The notes: generated by a model from the letters alone, not told the origin. A stretch of 64,000 bases of DNA from Polyangiales bacterium (GCA_038231275.1 JBBRLQ010000032.1:1-64000), one strand, 5' to 3'; positions 28,408-38,068 are shown, counted from the first letter of the stretch. Made by a program: numbers and translations.

Positions 28408-29862
28408 GTGAACGTCCTGTTCGTCACCTCGGAGGTCGCGCGTTACGCCAAGACCGGCGGCCTCGGTGACGTCGCCGCGGCGCTGCCGACCTACCTGCGC
28501 AAGGCCGGTCACGACGTGCGCACGTTCATGCCGCTCTACAAGACGGTGGACGCGAAGGGGGCGAACGTCGAGCCGCTCTTCCGCGACGTCCCGATCCAGC
28601 TCGGCCCGCACCGCTACACGATCGGCGTGTTCGTCGCCGAGCGGCCTGCCGCCGCGCCCGTCTACCTCGTCGACTGCCCGGCGCTCTACCACCGCCCCGG
28701 CCTCTACACCGGCGATCCCGACGAGCACATCCGCTTCCTCGTCCTCTCGCGCGCCGCCCTCGAGATTTGCCAGCGCATGGGATTTTCTCCCGACGTCGTG
28801 CACTGCAACGACTGGCAGACCGCGCTCCTCCCGCTCACGATCGACACGCGTTACCGCTGGGACCGCATCTTCGCCAAGACGCGCACGCTCCTCACGATCC
28901 ATAACATCGGCTACCAGGGCACCGTCGGCCCTCAGGCGATCGGCGACGCGGGTCTCGCCGACTCCGCCAACCTGTTCCACCAGGACCAGCTCAAAGACGG
29001 CCGCGTCAATTTCCTCCTCCACGGCATTCTGTACGCCGACGGCGTCAGCACCGTCAGCCCCACGTACGCGCGCGAGATCCAGACACCCGAGTACGGCGTC
29101 GGTCTCGATGGATTCTTGCGCGCGCGGAGCGGCAGCGTCATCGGCATCCTCAACGGCGTCGACTACGACGAGTGGAGCCCCGAGAAGGACACGCTCATCC
29201 CGCACCGCTACAGCGCGCAGGATCTGTCCGGCAAGGTGAACGACAAGGAGACGCTCCTCACGAAGATGGGCCTCCCGCATGTGCAGGGCGTGCCGGTCAT
29301 CGGCATCGTCTCGCGCCTCGTCGGGCAGAAGGGCTTCCGCCTCCTCGAGGGCGTGATGCCCGCGCTCCTCCGGCGCCACCGCGTGCAGCTCACTGTGCTG
29401 GGCAGCGGCGAGCGGCGCCTCGAGCGCATGTTCAGCGCATGGGAGCGCGCGTTCCCGAAGCAGGTCGCGTTCTACCGCGGCTTCTCGAACGAGCTCGCGC
29501 ACCTCATCGAGGCGGGGGCCGACATGTTCCTCATGCCGTCGCTCTACGAGCCGTGCGGCCTGAACCAGATGTACAGCCTCCGCTACGGCACCGTCCCGAT
29601 CGTCCACGCCACCGGAGGCCTCGCCGACTCGGTGAAGCTGTGGGATCCCGACACCGGCAAGGGCACCGGCATCTCGTTCGCGAACCACGACGCGCGCGCG
29701 GTCAAATGGGCGATCGAAGCCGCGCTCACGCTCTACGATGACAAAGCCGCGTGGCGGCGCTTGATGCAAAATGGAATGGCCGAGGACTTCTCCTGGGACA
29801 CCCAGGCGAAGGTGTACGAGCGCGTCTATTCGCGCCTCGTCGCGGGAGGGGGGAAAGGCTGA
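28408..29862 (+). CDS. glgA: Glycogen synthase (GT5)
   Basis: KTGGLGDV, HCNDWQT, TIHN, TVSPTYAREI, GILNGVD, EPCGLNQMYSLRYGT; start GTG 28408. Confidence 0.96.
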   Translation: MNVLFVTSEVARYAKTGGLGDVAAALPTYLRKAGHDVRTFMPLYKTVDAKGANVEPLFRDVPIQLGPHRYTIGVFVAERPAAAPVYLVDCPALYHRPGLYTGDPDEHIRFLVLSRAALEICQRMGFSPDVVHCNDWQTALLPLTIDTRYRWDRIFAKTRTLLTIHNIGYQGTVGPQAIGDAGLADSANLFHQDQLKDGRVNFLLHGILYADGVSTVSPTYAREIQTPEYGVGLDGFLRARSGSVIGILNGVDYDEWSPEKDTLIPHRYSAQDLSGKVNDKETLLTKMGLPHVQGVPVIGIVSRLVGQKGFRLLEGVMPALLRRHRVQLTVLGSGERRLERMFSAWERAFPKQVAFYRGFSNELAHLIEAGADMFLMPSLYEPCGLNQMYSLRYGTVPIVHATGGLADSVKLWDPDTGKGTGISFANHDARAVKWAIEAALTLYDDKAAWRRLMQNGMAEDFSWDTQAKVYERVYSRLVAGGGKG

Positions 29863-29864
29863 TC

Positions 29865-31088
29865 ATGCACATCGTGTTCGTCGAGCCGCGATTTCCGGCA
29901 AATCAGAAATTGTTCATCAAGGGCCTCGCCGAAATCGGCGTGACGATCACCGCCATCGGCGAGGGCTCGAAAGACTCGCTCGACGACGACCTCAAGAAGT
30001 GGCTCACGCACTACCACGAGGTCACCAACGTCACCTCCGAGAGCCAGATGCTCGACGCGGTGCGCTGGGTTCAAGGACGCGCGCACGTCGATCGGCTCGA
30101 AGCGACCATCGAAGCGCACATCATGCCGGTGGCGAAGGTGCGCGAGGCGGCGGGCATCCCCGGCACCAGCGTCAAGACCGCCTACCTATGCCGCGATAAG
30201 CCGGCGATGAAGGAGGTGCTCCGCAAAGGCGGCGTGCCGTGTGCGCAGTCGACCGGCGTGTCGACCGCGAAGGAGGCGATGGAGTTCGCCGAGCAGGTCG
30301 GCTTCCCGCTCATCTTGAAGCCGCGCGACGGCGCCGGCGCATCGGGTGCCGCGCGCGCCGACTCGATGGCCGAGCTCGGACCCGCGCTCGAGTCGCTCGG
30401 CGTAGGCCACCCCGGCCGCAGCATCGCAATCGAGGAGTACATCGAGGGGCACGAGGGCTTCTACGACACGCTCTCGATCAACGGCACGATCGTCCACGAC
30501 TTCGCGTGCCACTACTTCCCGAACGTCCTCGAAGCGATGCGGACGCGCTGGATCTCCCCGCAGTTCGTCTCCACCAACCGCATCGACGGCGAGACGTACG
30601 GCGAGGTGAAGACGCTCGGCAAGAAGGTCATCGAGCTCCTCGGCATCGAGACCTCGGCGACCCACATGGAGTGGTTCTTCGGCCCCAAAGGCCTCAAATT
30701 CTCGGAGATCGGCTGCCGTCCGCCGGGCGTGCGCGCGTGGGATCTCTACAACGTCGGCAACGACATGGACCTCTACCGCGAGTGGGCGATGGCGGTCTGT
30801 CACGGCCGCCCGAGCCAGCGCGCGTCGCGGCGCCTCTCCGCCGGCATCATCGCGCTGCGGCCGAGCTGCGACGGCCACATCATCGGCTACGATGGGCTCG
30901 AGACGATCGGCAAGGCGTTCGGCCCGAACATCATCGATTTCCACACGCCCCCCGAGGGCACGCCCACCCAGCCCGTCTCCGCCGGCTTCATGGCGAACGC
31001 CTGGGTCCGCTTGAAGCACGAGAACTACGACGAGCTACGCCGTATGCTGGATGTCGTCGGACAGACCGTGAAAGTGCATGCCAGGTAA
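29865..31088 (+). CDS. ATP-grasp ligase (paralog A)
   Basis: CRDKPAMK, FPLILKPRDGAGA, IEEYIEG, THMEWF, FSEIGCRPPG. Confidence 0.9.
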   Translation: MHIVFVEPRFPANQKLFIKGLAEIGVTITAIGEGSKDSLDDDLKKWLTHYHEVTNVTSESQMLDAVRWVQGRAHVDRLEATIEAHIMPVAKVREAAGIPGTSVKTAYLCRDKPAMKEVLRKGGVPCAQSTGVSTAKEAMEFAEQVGFPLILKPRDGAGASGAARADSMAELGPALESLGVGHPGRSIAIEEYIEGHEGFYDTLSINGTIVHDFACHYFPNVLEAMRTRWISPQFVSTNRIDGETYGEVKTLGKKVIELLGIETSATHMEWFFGPKGLKFSEIGCRPPGVRAWDLYNVGNDMDLYREWAMAVCHGRPSQRASRRLSAGIIALRPSCDGHIIGYDGLETIGKAFGPNIIDFHTPPEGTPTQPVSAGFMANAWVRLKHENYDELRRMLDVVGQTVKVHAR

Positions 31089-31097
31089 GTTGCCACG

Positions 31098-32018
31098 ATG
31101 ACCGTCGTCCTCACTGGACCGCAGTATGTCTTGCCGCACGTGGGGGGCGTGCTTCGTGAGCTGAAGGTGCGCGGTCCGGTGGCCGTCGTGACCGCGGGCT
31201 GGCAAGAGCGCGAGACCGATCCGGGCCTCGTCCCCGAGCTCGGCCTGCCGACGGTGAACCTGACGCTCCACTCGCGCGCCGAGGACCTGTTCGCGAAGGA
31301 CAAGGAATTCGGTGCAGCCTACAAGGAACGCCAGACGCGCCTGCGCCTCATGCAGGACTTCTACCGCGTTCGCCTCGATCATGCCCGCGACGCCGCGCAC
31401 GCCATCTCGGTGCGCCACGTCGACTCGTTGCTGCTCGACGACGAGCGTCGATCGTCGATCGACGCCGTGCGCAGCCTCGATCGCGACCACCTCGCGCGGT
31501 GCGCCACCGTCAGCTCCGCGTTCGACGAGAAGTGGCCGCTCGCCGCGCGCGAGAGCATCGAGCGGCAGAAGAAGGAGCTCACCGCACTCCTCGCCCCGAC
31601 CGACGCGGTGCTCATCGCCGGCGGGCACGTCGCGGTGCTCCTCAATCGCCTCAAGCTCTTCGATCTGATGACGCTCATCGGCAACCGCACGATCGTCGCG
31701 TGGTCGGCGGGGGCGATGACGCTGTGCGAGCTCGTCGTCCTTTTCCACGAGAACCCGCCGCACGGGCAGGGGGGCGCGGAGCTGCTCGATCGCGGCCTCG
31801 GCGTCGTGAAGGGCGTCGCGGTGCTGCCGAGCCCGCGACTTCGCTTGCGCTTGGACGATCCGATCAACGTCGGCAACTTCGCGCGGCGCTTCGAGCCGCT
31901 CGCGTGCGTGACGCTCGATCACGGCGCGCGCCTCGTTGCCAAGCGCGGCAAGGTCGTCGCCGGCGCGGTCACGCAGCGGCTCCTCCCGGACGGCAGCATC
32001 CAGCGGGGGTGGCCGTGA
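31098..32018 (+). CDS. Peptidase S51 / cyanophycinase-like class I GATase-fold protein
   Basis: LIAGGH..VLLNRL, AWSAGAM nucleophile elbow, RGLG..LP. Confidence 0.75.
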   Translation: MTVVLTGPQYVLPHVGGVLRELKVRGPVAVVTAGWQERETDPGLVPELGLPTVNLTLHSRAEDLFAKDKEFGAAYKERQTRLRLMQDFYRVRLDHARDAAHAISVRHVDSLLLDDERRSSIDAVRSLDRDHLARCATVSSAFDEKWPLAARESIERQKKELTALLAPTDAVLIAGGHVAVLLNRLKLFDLMTLIGNRTIVAWSAGAMTLCELVVLFHENPPHGQGGAELLDRGLGVVKGVAVLPSPRLRLRLDDPINVGNFARRFEPLACVTLDHGARLVAKRGKVVAGAVTQRLLPDGSIQRGWP

Positions 32019-33154
32019 GCGGCGCGCGCGCGATCGAGAAGTTCCTCGCAGGCCCGCACACGACGGCCGCGGTCGACGCGTTCCTGGCGTCGAACACGTT
32101 CCCCATCGTCGAGGGCTCGCAGATCACCTTCGTGTACAAGGGCGTCGCCGACGCGGTGCACTTGAAGCACTGGGTCTACGGCCTGCCGTCGTCGCAGACG
32201 CTCGCGAAGGTCGACGGCGTCGATCTCTGGCACCTGACCCTCGGCGTGCCTGCCAAATCGCGCATCGAGTACAAGCTCGAGGTCGTCCGCGGCGGCAAGG
32301 GCGAGTGGATGGAGGATCCCCTCAACGCGAGCCGCGCGCGCGATCCGTTCGGCGCCAACTCGGTCGCGCACGGCGAGGGCTACCAAACGCCCGACTACAT
32401 CGAGCGCGATCCCGAAGCCCGCACCGGCCTCGTCGACGAGGTGATGCTCGACAGCAAGGCGCTCGGCCGCCGCACGTTCGGCCTCTACTTGCCGGCGCGC
32501 TACCGGAAGAGCCGGCGCTACCCGCTCCTCGTCGTCCACGACGGACACGACTACCAGAAGTACGCGCGCCTCCAGGTCGTGCTCGACAACCTCATTCACC
32601 GGCTGGAAATCCCCGACATCGTCGTCTGCATGACGAGCTCGCCCGATCGCCTCGTCGAGTACGCGAACGACGAACGTCACGCGCGTTTCCTCACGGAAGA
32701 TCTCGTCCCTCATCTCGAGAAGACGCTCCCGCTCGAAGCGCGCCCGCAGGGACGCTGCCTCATGGGCGCGAGCTTCGGCGCCGTCGCCGCCCTCGCCGCC
32801 GCGTGGCGGAACCCCGGATTTTACGGGCGCCTCCTCCTCCAATCCGGCTCGTTCGCCTTCGCCGACATCGGCGCGCGCAACCACCGCGGCCCGCTCTTCG
32901 ATCCGATTGTGCGGTTCGTGAACGATTTTCGCGCCGATCCGATCGCGGTGAGCGAGAAGGTCTTCGTCAGCTGCGGCACCTACGAGTCGCTCATCTACGA
33001 GAACCGCTCGCTGGTCCCGGTGCTCGAGGGGACGGGCATGGACGTCCGGTATGTCGAGGCCCGGGACGGCCACAACTGGGAAAATTGGCGGGATCGTCTC
33101 CGGGAGGGCCTGTCGTGGCTGTTTCCGGGGCCTCTCCTGCTGGTATACGAGTGA
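32015..33154 (+). CDS. Alpha/beta-hydrolase esterase (Fes-like) with N-terminal CBM48/E-set-like domain
   Basis: ITFVY...LWHLTL...IEYKL...DPLN; YPLLVVHDG, GASFG, QSGSF, DGHNW; GTGA overlap with the upstream gene. Confidence 0.88.
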   Translation: MSGARAIEKFLAGPHTTAAVDAFLASNTFPIVEGSQITFVYKGVADAVHLKHWVYGLPSSQTLAKVDGVDLWHLTLGVPAKSRIEYKLEVVRGGKGEWMEDPLNASRARDPFGANSVAHGEGYQTPDYIERDPEARTGLVDEVMLDSKALGRRTFGLYLPARYRKSRRYPLLVVHDGHDYQKYARLQVVLDNLIHRLEIPDIVVCMTSSPDRLVEYANDERHARFLTEDLVPHLEKTLPLEARPQGRCLMGASFGAVAALAAAWRNPGFYGRLLLQSGSFAFADIGARNHRGPLFDPIVRFVNDFRADPIAVSEKVFVSCGTYESLIYENRSLVPVLEGTGMDVRYVEARDGHNWENWRDRLREGLSWLFPGPLLLVYE

Positions 33155-33167
33155 AGGGAGGCTTCGC

Positions 33168-34412
33168 ATGGCCCACGTGACACGCAGGATCGGTCTGTCT
33201 CTCGGCGCCGATATCTGCTGGCCGATTTGTTACGAAGAGATCGTGAAGCGGCTCGCCCTCTCGGTGCCGCATGCGGGGGATACCGTCGGCGTCGAGGTCG
33301 AGCGCGTGACGATCGAGCCGTTCGATCTCCGCCAACCGTGCCGCTACGACGTCGTCGTCGATCGGCTGACGCACTGGTACCACCCGAGCCGCGAGTGGAT
33401 AAAAAAGGCCGTCCTCATGGACGACCTCTACGTCTTCAACAATCCCTGGTCCGTGCAGTCCATGGAGAAGCAGACGACGTACTGCGCCATGATGCACCTG
33501 GGGATGCCGATCCCGGAGACGTGGCTCGTGCCGCCGAAGTCGTACGAGGCACTCCCCGATCTCGGCCCCACGCTGAAGAGCTACGCCAAGCTGTTCGACC
33601 TCGGCGCCGTCGGCAACGAGCTCGGCTACCCGATGTTCATGAAGCCGTACGACGGCGGCGGCTGGAAGGGCGTGAGCCGCATCGCCGACGAGGCGGCCCT
33701 GCGCGCGCGCTACGACGAGAGCGGCAAGCTCGTCATGCACCTGCAGAAGGCGGTCGAGCCGTTCGATCGCTTCATCCGCTGCATCGGCTTCGGGCCGCAG
33801 ACCAAAATAGTCCGCTACGATCCTGGCGCGCCGCTCCACGATCGCTACACGATGGACAAGAACTTCGTGTCGGACGACGAGGCGCAGGTGCTGCGCGACA
33901 CGACGCTCACGATCAACGCGTTCTTCGGCTGGGACTTCAACTCGTGCGAGGCGCTCAGCAAAGACGGCGTCTGGTTCCCGATCGACTTCGCGAACCCGTG
34001 CCCCGACTCGCAGGTGACGTCGCTCCACTACCACTTCCCGTGGGTCGTGATGGCGAACGTGCGGTGGTCGCTCTACTGCGCGGTCACCAACCGTAAGATG
34101 CGGCGCACGCTCGACTGGGACCCGTTCTACGAGGTCGCCAAGAAGGATCTGCCGTACCGGGACAAGCTGCGCGCGTACGCAAAGATCGCGAACGAGCGCT
34201 TCGAGACCGCGCAGTTCGAGGAGTTCTGCGGCACGCACCTCGCGAACCTCGACGAGATCGCGTGGGAGTTCTTCGGCACGCAGACCGCGAAAGACGCCGT
34301 GCGCAAGAAAGTGACCGCGCTCTTCCCGCCCGCCGAGGTGGAGCAGTTCACCGAGCTCTTCTGGAATCGCATCGGCGCGTGGCGCACCGACATGAAGTCG
34401 GGGGCCCGATGA
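33168..34412 (+). CDS. ATP-grasp ligase (RimK/glutathione-synthetase-like, type B)
   Basis: YVFNNP, MPIPETWLVP, YPMFMKPYDGGGWKGV, HLQKAV, IDFANPCPD. Confidence 0.88.
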   Translation: MAHVTRRIGLSLGADICWPICYEEIVKRLALSVPHAGDTVGVEVERVTIEPFDLRQPCRYDVVVDRLTHWYHPSREWIKKAVLMDDLYVFNNPWSVQSMEKQTTYCAMMHLGMPIPETWLVPPKSYEALPDLGPTLKSYAKLFDLGAVGNELGYPMFMKPYDGGGWKGVSRIADEAALRARYDESGKLVMHLQKAVEPFDRFIRCIGFGPQTKIVRYDPGAPLHDRYTMDKNFVSDDEAQVLRDTTLTINAFFGWDFNSCEALSKDGVWFPIDFANPCPDSQVTSLHYHFPWVVMANVRWSLYCAVTNRKMRRTLDWDPFYEVAKKDLPYRDKLRAYAKIANERFETAQFEEFCGTHLANLDEIAWEFFGTQTAKDAVRKKVTALFPPAEVEQFTELFWNRIGAWRTDMKSGAR

Positions 34413-35149
34413 GCGAATGGAAGACGAGCGCGAAGTGGTTTTCGGAGCGCGTCCAACGTGAGGTCACGATGGTCCGTTGGGGCACCGTCGGCCAGCCCGT
34501 CCTCCTCTTCCCGACCGCCGGCGGCGACGCGGAGGAGATCGAGCGCTTCCACATGATCACGGTCTTGAAGCCGCTCCTCGAGGCCGGCAAAATCAAGATC
34601 TACTCGTGCGACAGCGTCGCCGGCGCCGCGCTCCTCTCGCGCGAGAAGAACGCGCGCCACCAAATGTGGCTCCAGAACCAGTTCCATCAGTACCTCCGGC
34701 ACGAGGTGGTGCCGGCGATCCGCAAGGACTGCGAATCGTCCGACATGGAGGTGTGGGCCGCCGGCGCGTCGATCGGCGCGTTCCACGCCGTCGCGATGGT
34801 TTGCCGCTTCCCCGACGTTTTCGCGCGCGCGTGCGCGATGTCGGGCACGTTCGACATTCGACGCTTTTACGACGCGACCGAGTTCACCGACGATTTCTGG
34901 GTCTCCTCCCCGATCCACTTCGTGCCGACGCTGTCGGGTCCGCACCTGGACAAGCTCCGAACCCGGTACATCCTGATGCCGTCGGGCGAAGGGAGGGCCG
35001 AGGACATCGGCGAGTCGTGGCGAATGGGGAACGCGCTCGGCAAGCAAGGCGTGCCGAACCGCGTCGATCCGTGGGGCGCGCACGTGCCGCACGACTGGGA
35101 GACGTGGCGCAAGATGCTCCCGCAATACCTCGGGGAATGGACGAAGTAA
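34409..35149 (+). CDS. Alpha/beta-hydrolase esterase
   Basis: PVLLFPTAGG, GASIGAFHA, MSG, HDWETW; ATGA overlap with the upstream gene. Confidence 0.88.
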   Translation: MSEWKTSAKWFSERVQREVTMVRWGTVGQPVLLFPTAGGDAEEIERFHMITVLKPLLEAGKIKIYSCDSVAGAALLSREKNARHQMWLQNQFHQYLRHEVVPAIRKDCESSDMEVWAAGASIGAFHAVAMVCRFPDVFARACAMSGTFDIRRFYDATEFTDDFWVSSPIHFVPTLSGPHLDKLRTRYILMPSGEGRAEDIGESWRMGNALGKQGVPNRVDPWGAHVPHDWETWRKMLPQYLGEWTK

Positions 35150-35150
35150 G

Positions 35151-37106
35151 ATGACCACCACGCGCTCGCACAAGCAGGTCGACCAGGAGCAAGACGCGCA
35201 GGCGCGACGCGAGTTCATGCACGCCATCCTGGCGGACTTGCGCGCCCTCGAGCGGATGCTCGCCGAGGGGATGTTCGAGAAAGGCGTGCGGCGCGTGGGC
35301 GCGGAGCAGGAGATCTTCCTCCTCGATCCCAGCTGGTACCCGGCGCGCGGCGTCCTCCAGATGCTGGAGAAGCTCTCGGACCCGCACTTCACGACCGAGC
35401 TCGGGCAGTTCCAGCTCGAGGCGAACTGCGATCCCCAGCCGTTCGGTGGTATCGGGCTGTCGCTCCTCGAGAAGCAGCTCGACGGCCTCGTCGACAAGGC
35501 GCGACTGGCGGCGGCCGAGCTCGGCATGCGAACCGTGCTCATGGGCATGCTGCCCACCATCCGCAAAGAGGATCTGTGTCTCGAGGCGATGGTCCCGAGC
35601 CCGCGCTACCTCGCCATCAACAAGGCCATGTTCGACCTGCGCGGCGGCGCGTTCGACTTCTCGATCAAGGGCCTCGACGAGCTCATCATCCAGCACGACT
35701 CGGTGATGGTGGAGGCGTGCAACTCGAGCTTCCAGGTCCACCTCCAGGTCGACGCCGACGAGTTCGCGCGCATGTACAACCTGTCGCAGCTGCTCGCGGC
35801 GCCGATGGTGGCGCTGTCGTGCAACTCGCCGCTGCTCTTCGGCAAGCGCTTGTGGGCGGAGACACGCATCGCCCTCTTCAAGCAGGCGGTGGACACGCGC
35901 AGCCACACGCACCACCTCCGCGAGAGCGAGGCGCGCGTGAACTTCGGCACGCGCTGGGTCAAGGACTCGGTCCTGGAGATTTACCAGGAAGACGTCGCGC
36001 GCTTCCGCACGCTCGTCGGCACCGATCTCGACGAGGATCCCATGGCCAAGCTGGACCGCGGCGAGGCGCCGCTCCTCAAGGCGCTGCGCCTCCACAACGG
36101 CACAGTCTACCGCTGGAACCGCGCTTGCTACGGCATCATGGACGGCAAGGCGCACCTGCGGATCGAGAACCGCGTCATGCCGGCCGGCCCGAGCGTGGTG
36201 GACGAGGTCGCCAACGGCGCCTTCTGGTTCGGCGTCATGGTGGAGATGGGCGCGAAGGAAGAGGACATCACCCGCAAGATCGACTTCGATCAGGCGGGCG
36301 CCAACTTCTACACCGCCGCGCGCGAGGGGCTCGGCGCGAACTTCACCTGGCTCGACCAGAAGGATCTCTCGGCCGATCGCCTCGTGCTCGATCAGCTCAT
36401 GCCGCTCGCCGAGGCGGGGCTCCGTCGCCAGAAGATCGCCGAGGATGACATCAAGAGATACCTCGGCGTCGTCGACGCGCGCGTTCGGTCGGGACGCACC
36501 GGCACCAAGTGGCAGATGACCTCCTGGAACGCGCTCAAGGACAAGGCGACGCCCGCCCAGCGCGCGAGCGCCCTCGTTGCGGCGACGGTCGACCGGCAGG
36601 CGACGCGGCGCCCGGTCGCCGAGTGGGAGCGCGCACGCCTCGACGAGGCGGGCGACGAGTCGGCTCGCAACTACATGCGCGTGGACCAGTACATGGCCAC
36701 CGACCTCTTCACCGTGCAGGAGGACGACCCCATCGAGATGGTCGTCAACCTCATGACCTGGGAGCGCATCCGCCACGTGCCGGTGGAGGACAAGGAGCGG
36801 CGCCTCATCGGCCTCATCTCGTACCGCTCGGTGCTGCGCTTCCTGGCGGCCGGTCGCTCGCTGAAGGACACGCCGGTCAGCGCGATCATGAAGAACGAAG
36901 TGACGACCGTGACGCTCGAGACGCCCACGGTCGACGCGATGCGCCTCATGCGGAAGCTCCGGGTGGGCTGCCTGCCCGTGGTCCACGAGGGTCGGCTCGT
37001 GGGTCTCCTGACCGACGAAGACTTCATGAACATCGCGACGAAGCTCCTCGAGCAGAGGCTGGCGAGTGGCTCCAGCGAACCCGAACGCGAGCCCGAGAGG
37101 ACCTGA
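35151..37106 (+). CDS. Glutamate-cysteine ligase family 2 (GCS2) carboxylate-amine ligase fused to a CBS pair
   Basis: VGAEQEIFLLD, TTELGQFQLEAN, SFQVHLQV, LRIENR; C-terminal IRHVPVED...LIGLIS and GCLPVV...LVGLLT. Confidence 0.9.
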   Translation: MTTTRSHKQVDQEQDAQARREFMHAILADLRALERMLAEGMFEKGVRRVGAEQEIFLLDPSWYPARGVLQMLEKLSDPHFTTELGQFQLEANCDPQPFGGIGLSLLEKQLDGLVDKARLAAAELGMRTVLMGMLPTIRKEDLCLEAMVPSPRYLAINKAMFDLRGGAFDFSIKGLDELIIQHDSVMVEACNSSFQVHLQVDADEFARMYNLSQLLAAPMVALSCNSPLLFGKRLWAETRIALFKQAVDTRSHTHHLRESEARVNFGTRWVKDSVLEIYQEDVARFRTLVGTDLDEDPMAKLDRGEAPLLKALRLHNGTVYRWNRACYGIMDGKAHLRIENRVMPAGPSVVDEVANGAFWFGVMVEMGAKEEDITRKIDFDQAGANFYTAAREGLGANFTWLDQKDLSADRLVLDQLMPLAEAGLRRQKIAEDDIKRYLGVVDARVRSGRTGTKWQMTSWNALKDKATPAQRASALVAATVDRQATRRPVAEWERARLDEAGDESARNYMRVDQYMATDLFTVQEDDPIEMVVNLMTWERIRHVPVEDKERRLIGLISYRSVLRFLAAGRSLKDTPVSAIMKNEVTTVTLETPTVDAMRLMRKLRVGCLPVVHEGRLVGLLTDEDFMNIATKLLEQRLASGSSEPEREPERT

Positions 37107-38033
37107 ATGGCGAGGGTGGAGACGATGGAAAGCGCGCGCCTCATCGATCGACTCGTCGGCGACGAGGCCGGCCCCACGCTCATCCTGGTGGGCGGCATGC
37201 ACGGCAACGAGCCCGCCGGTGTGAACGCCGCGCGCGACGTCCTCTCCGCACTCCGCGTGTCCGGCGCAAGTGTGCGCGGCGAGGTCGTGGCATTCGCCGG
37301 CAACGTCCGCGGGCTCGCCGCCAAGACGCGCTACCTGTCGCGCGATCTGAACCGCATGTTGACCGCCGAGCGTGTCGCCGCGTCGCGCGCCACCGAGGAG
37401 CCGCAGGCCGAGGTCGCCGAGGTCGTCGAGCTCGCCGCCGCGATCGACGAGGCGATAGCTCGCGCGCGCGGCCCGGTCTACGCGATCGACATGCACACGA
37501 CGTCGGCGTCCGGCGTCCCGTTCAGCGTCGTCGGCAACAACGACGCGCGTCGCGAGTTCGCCCGCAACTTCCACATCCCCGGCCTCGTCGGCCTCGAGGA
37601 GGCGCTCGAGGGCGTCCTCACGAGCTACCTCGCGACGATCGGCTGCGTGACGATGGCTGTAGAGGGCGGCCAACACGAGAGCGTCGACGCTGCCGCCAGC
37701 CTCGCGGCGGTCGTCACGATCGCGCTGAGGGCGACCGGCATCGTCCGCGCCGAAGATCTCCCCGGTCTGGAAGCCGCCGAGGCCGACCTCTCTCGCGCGC
37801 GCGGAGAGCTCCCTCCTCTGATCGCGGTCCTCACGCGCTACGCCGTGGAGCCCGAGCTCGGATTCCAAATGGAGCCCGGCTTCGCGAACATCCAGCCGAC
37901 GCCGCGCGGCACCTTGATCGCCAAAGACGGCAAAGGGGACATTCGCGCGCCGTTCGACGGCCTCGTCCTCCTCCCGCTCTACCAAGCGCAGGGCAACGAC
38001 GGCTTCTTCTTCGGCCGCCCGCTCCGCGACTGA
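37107..38033 (+). CDS. Succinylglutamate desuccinylase/aspartoacylase (M14) family deacylase
   Basis: GGMHGNEPAG, RDLNRM, IDMHT, VEGG; abuts the upstream stop codon. Confidence 0.88.
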   Translation: MARVETMESARLIDRLVGDEAGPTLILVGGMHGNEPAGVNAARDVLSALRVSGASVRGEVVAFAGNVRGLAAKTRYLSRDLNRMLTAERVAASRATEEPQAEVAEVVELAAAIDEAIARARGPVYAIDMHTTSASGVPFSVVGNNDARREFARNFHIPGLVGLEEALEGVLTSYLATIGCVTMAVEGGQHESVDAAASLAAVVTIALRATGIVRAEDLPGLEAAEADLSRARGELPPLIAVLTRYAVEPELGFQMEPGFANIQPTPRGTLIAKDGKGDIRAPFDGLVLLPLYQAQGNDGFFFGRPLRD

Positions 38034-38053
38034 CGATCGCGCCCTGGTACACA

Positions 38054-38068
38054 CATGCAGACTGCATG
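38054..38068. promoter_or_regulatory. Perfect palindrome, candidate operator
   Basis: CATGCAG-A-CTGCATG in the intergenic region upstream of the diheme enzyme gene. Confidence 0.35.

Noticed and set aside
29865..34412. ATP-grasp genes as a RiPP (graspetide) cluster or as carbamoyl-phosphate synthase / D-Ala ligase
   Set aside because: No precursor peptide ORF or transporter is evident and there is no intergenic room in the operon; sizes and partner genes do not fit the housekeeping enzymes
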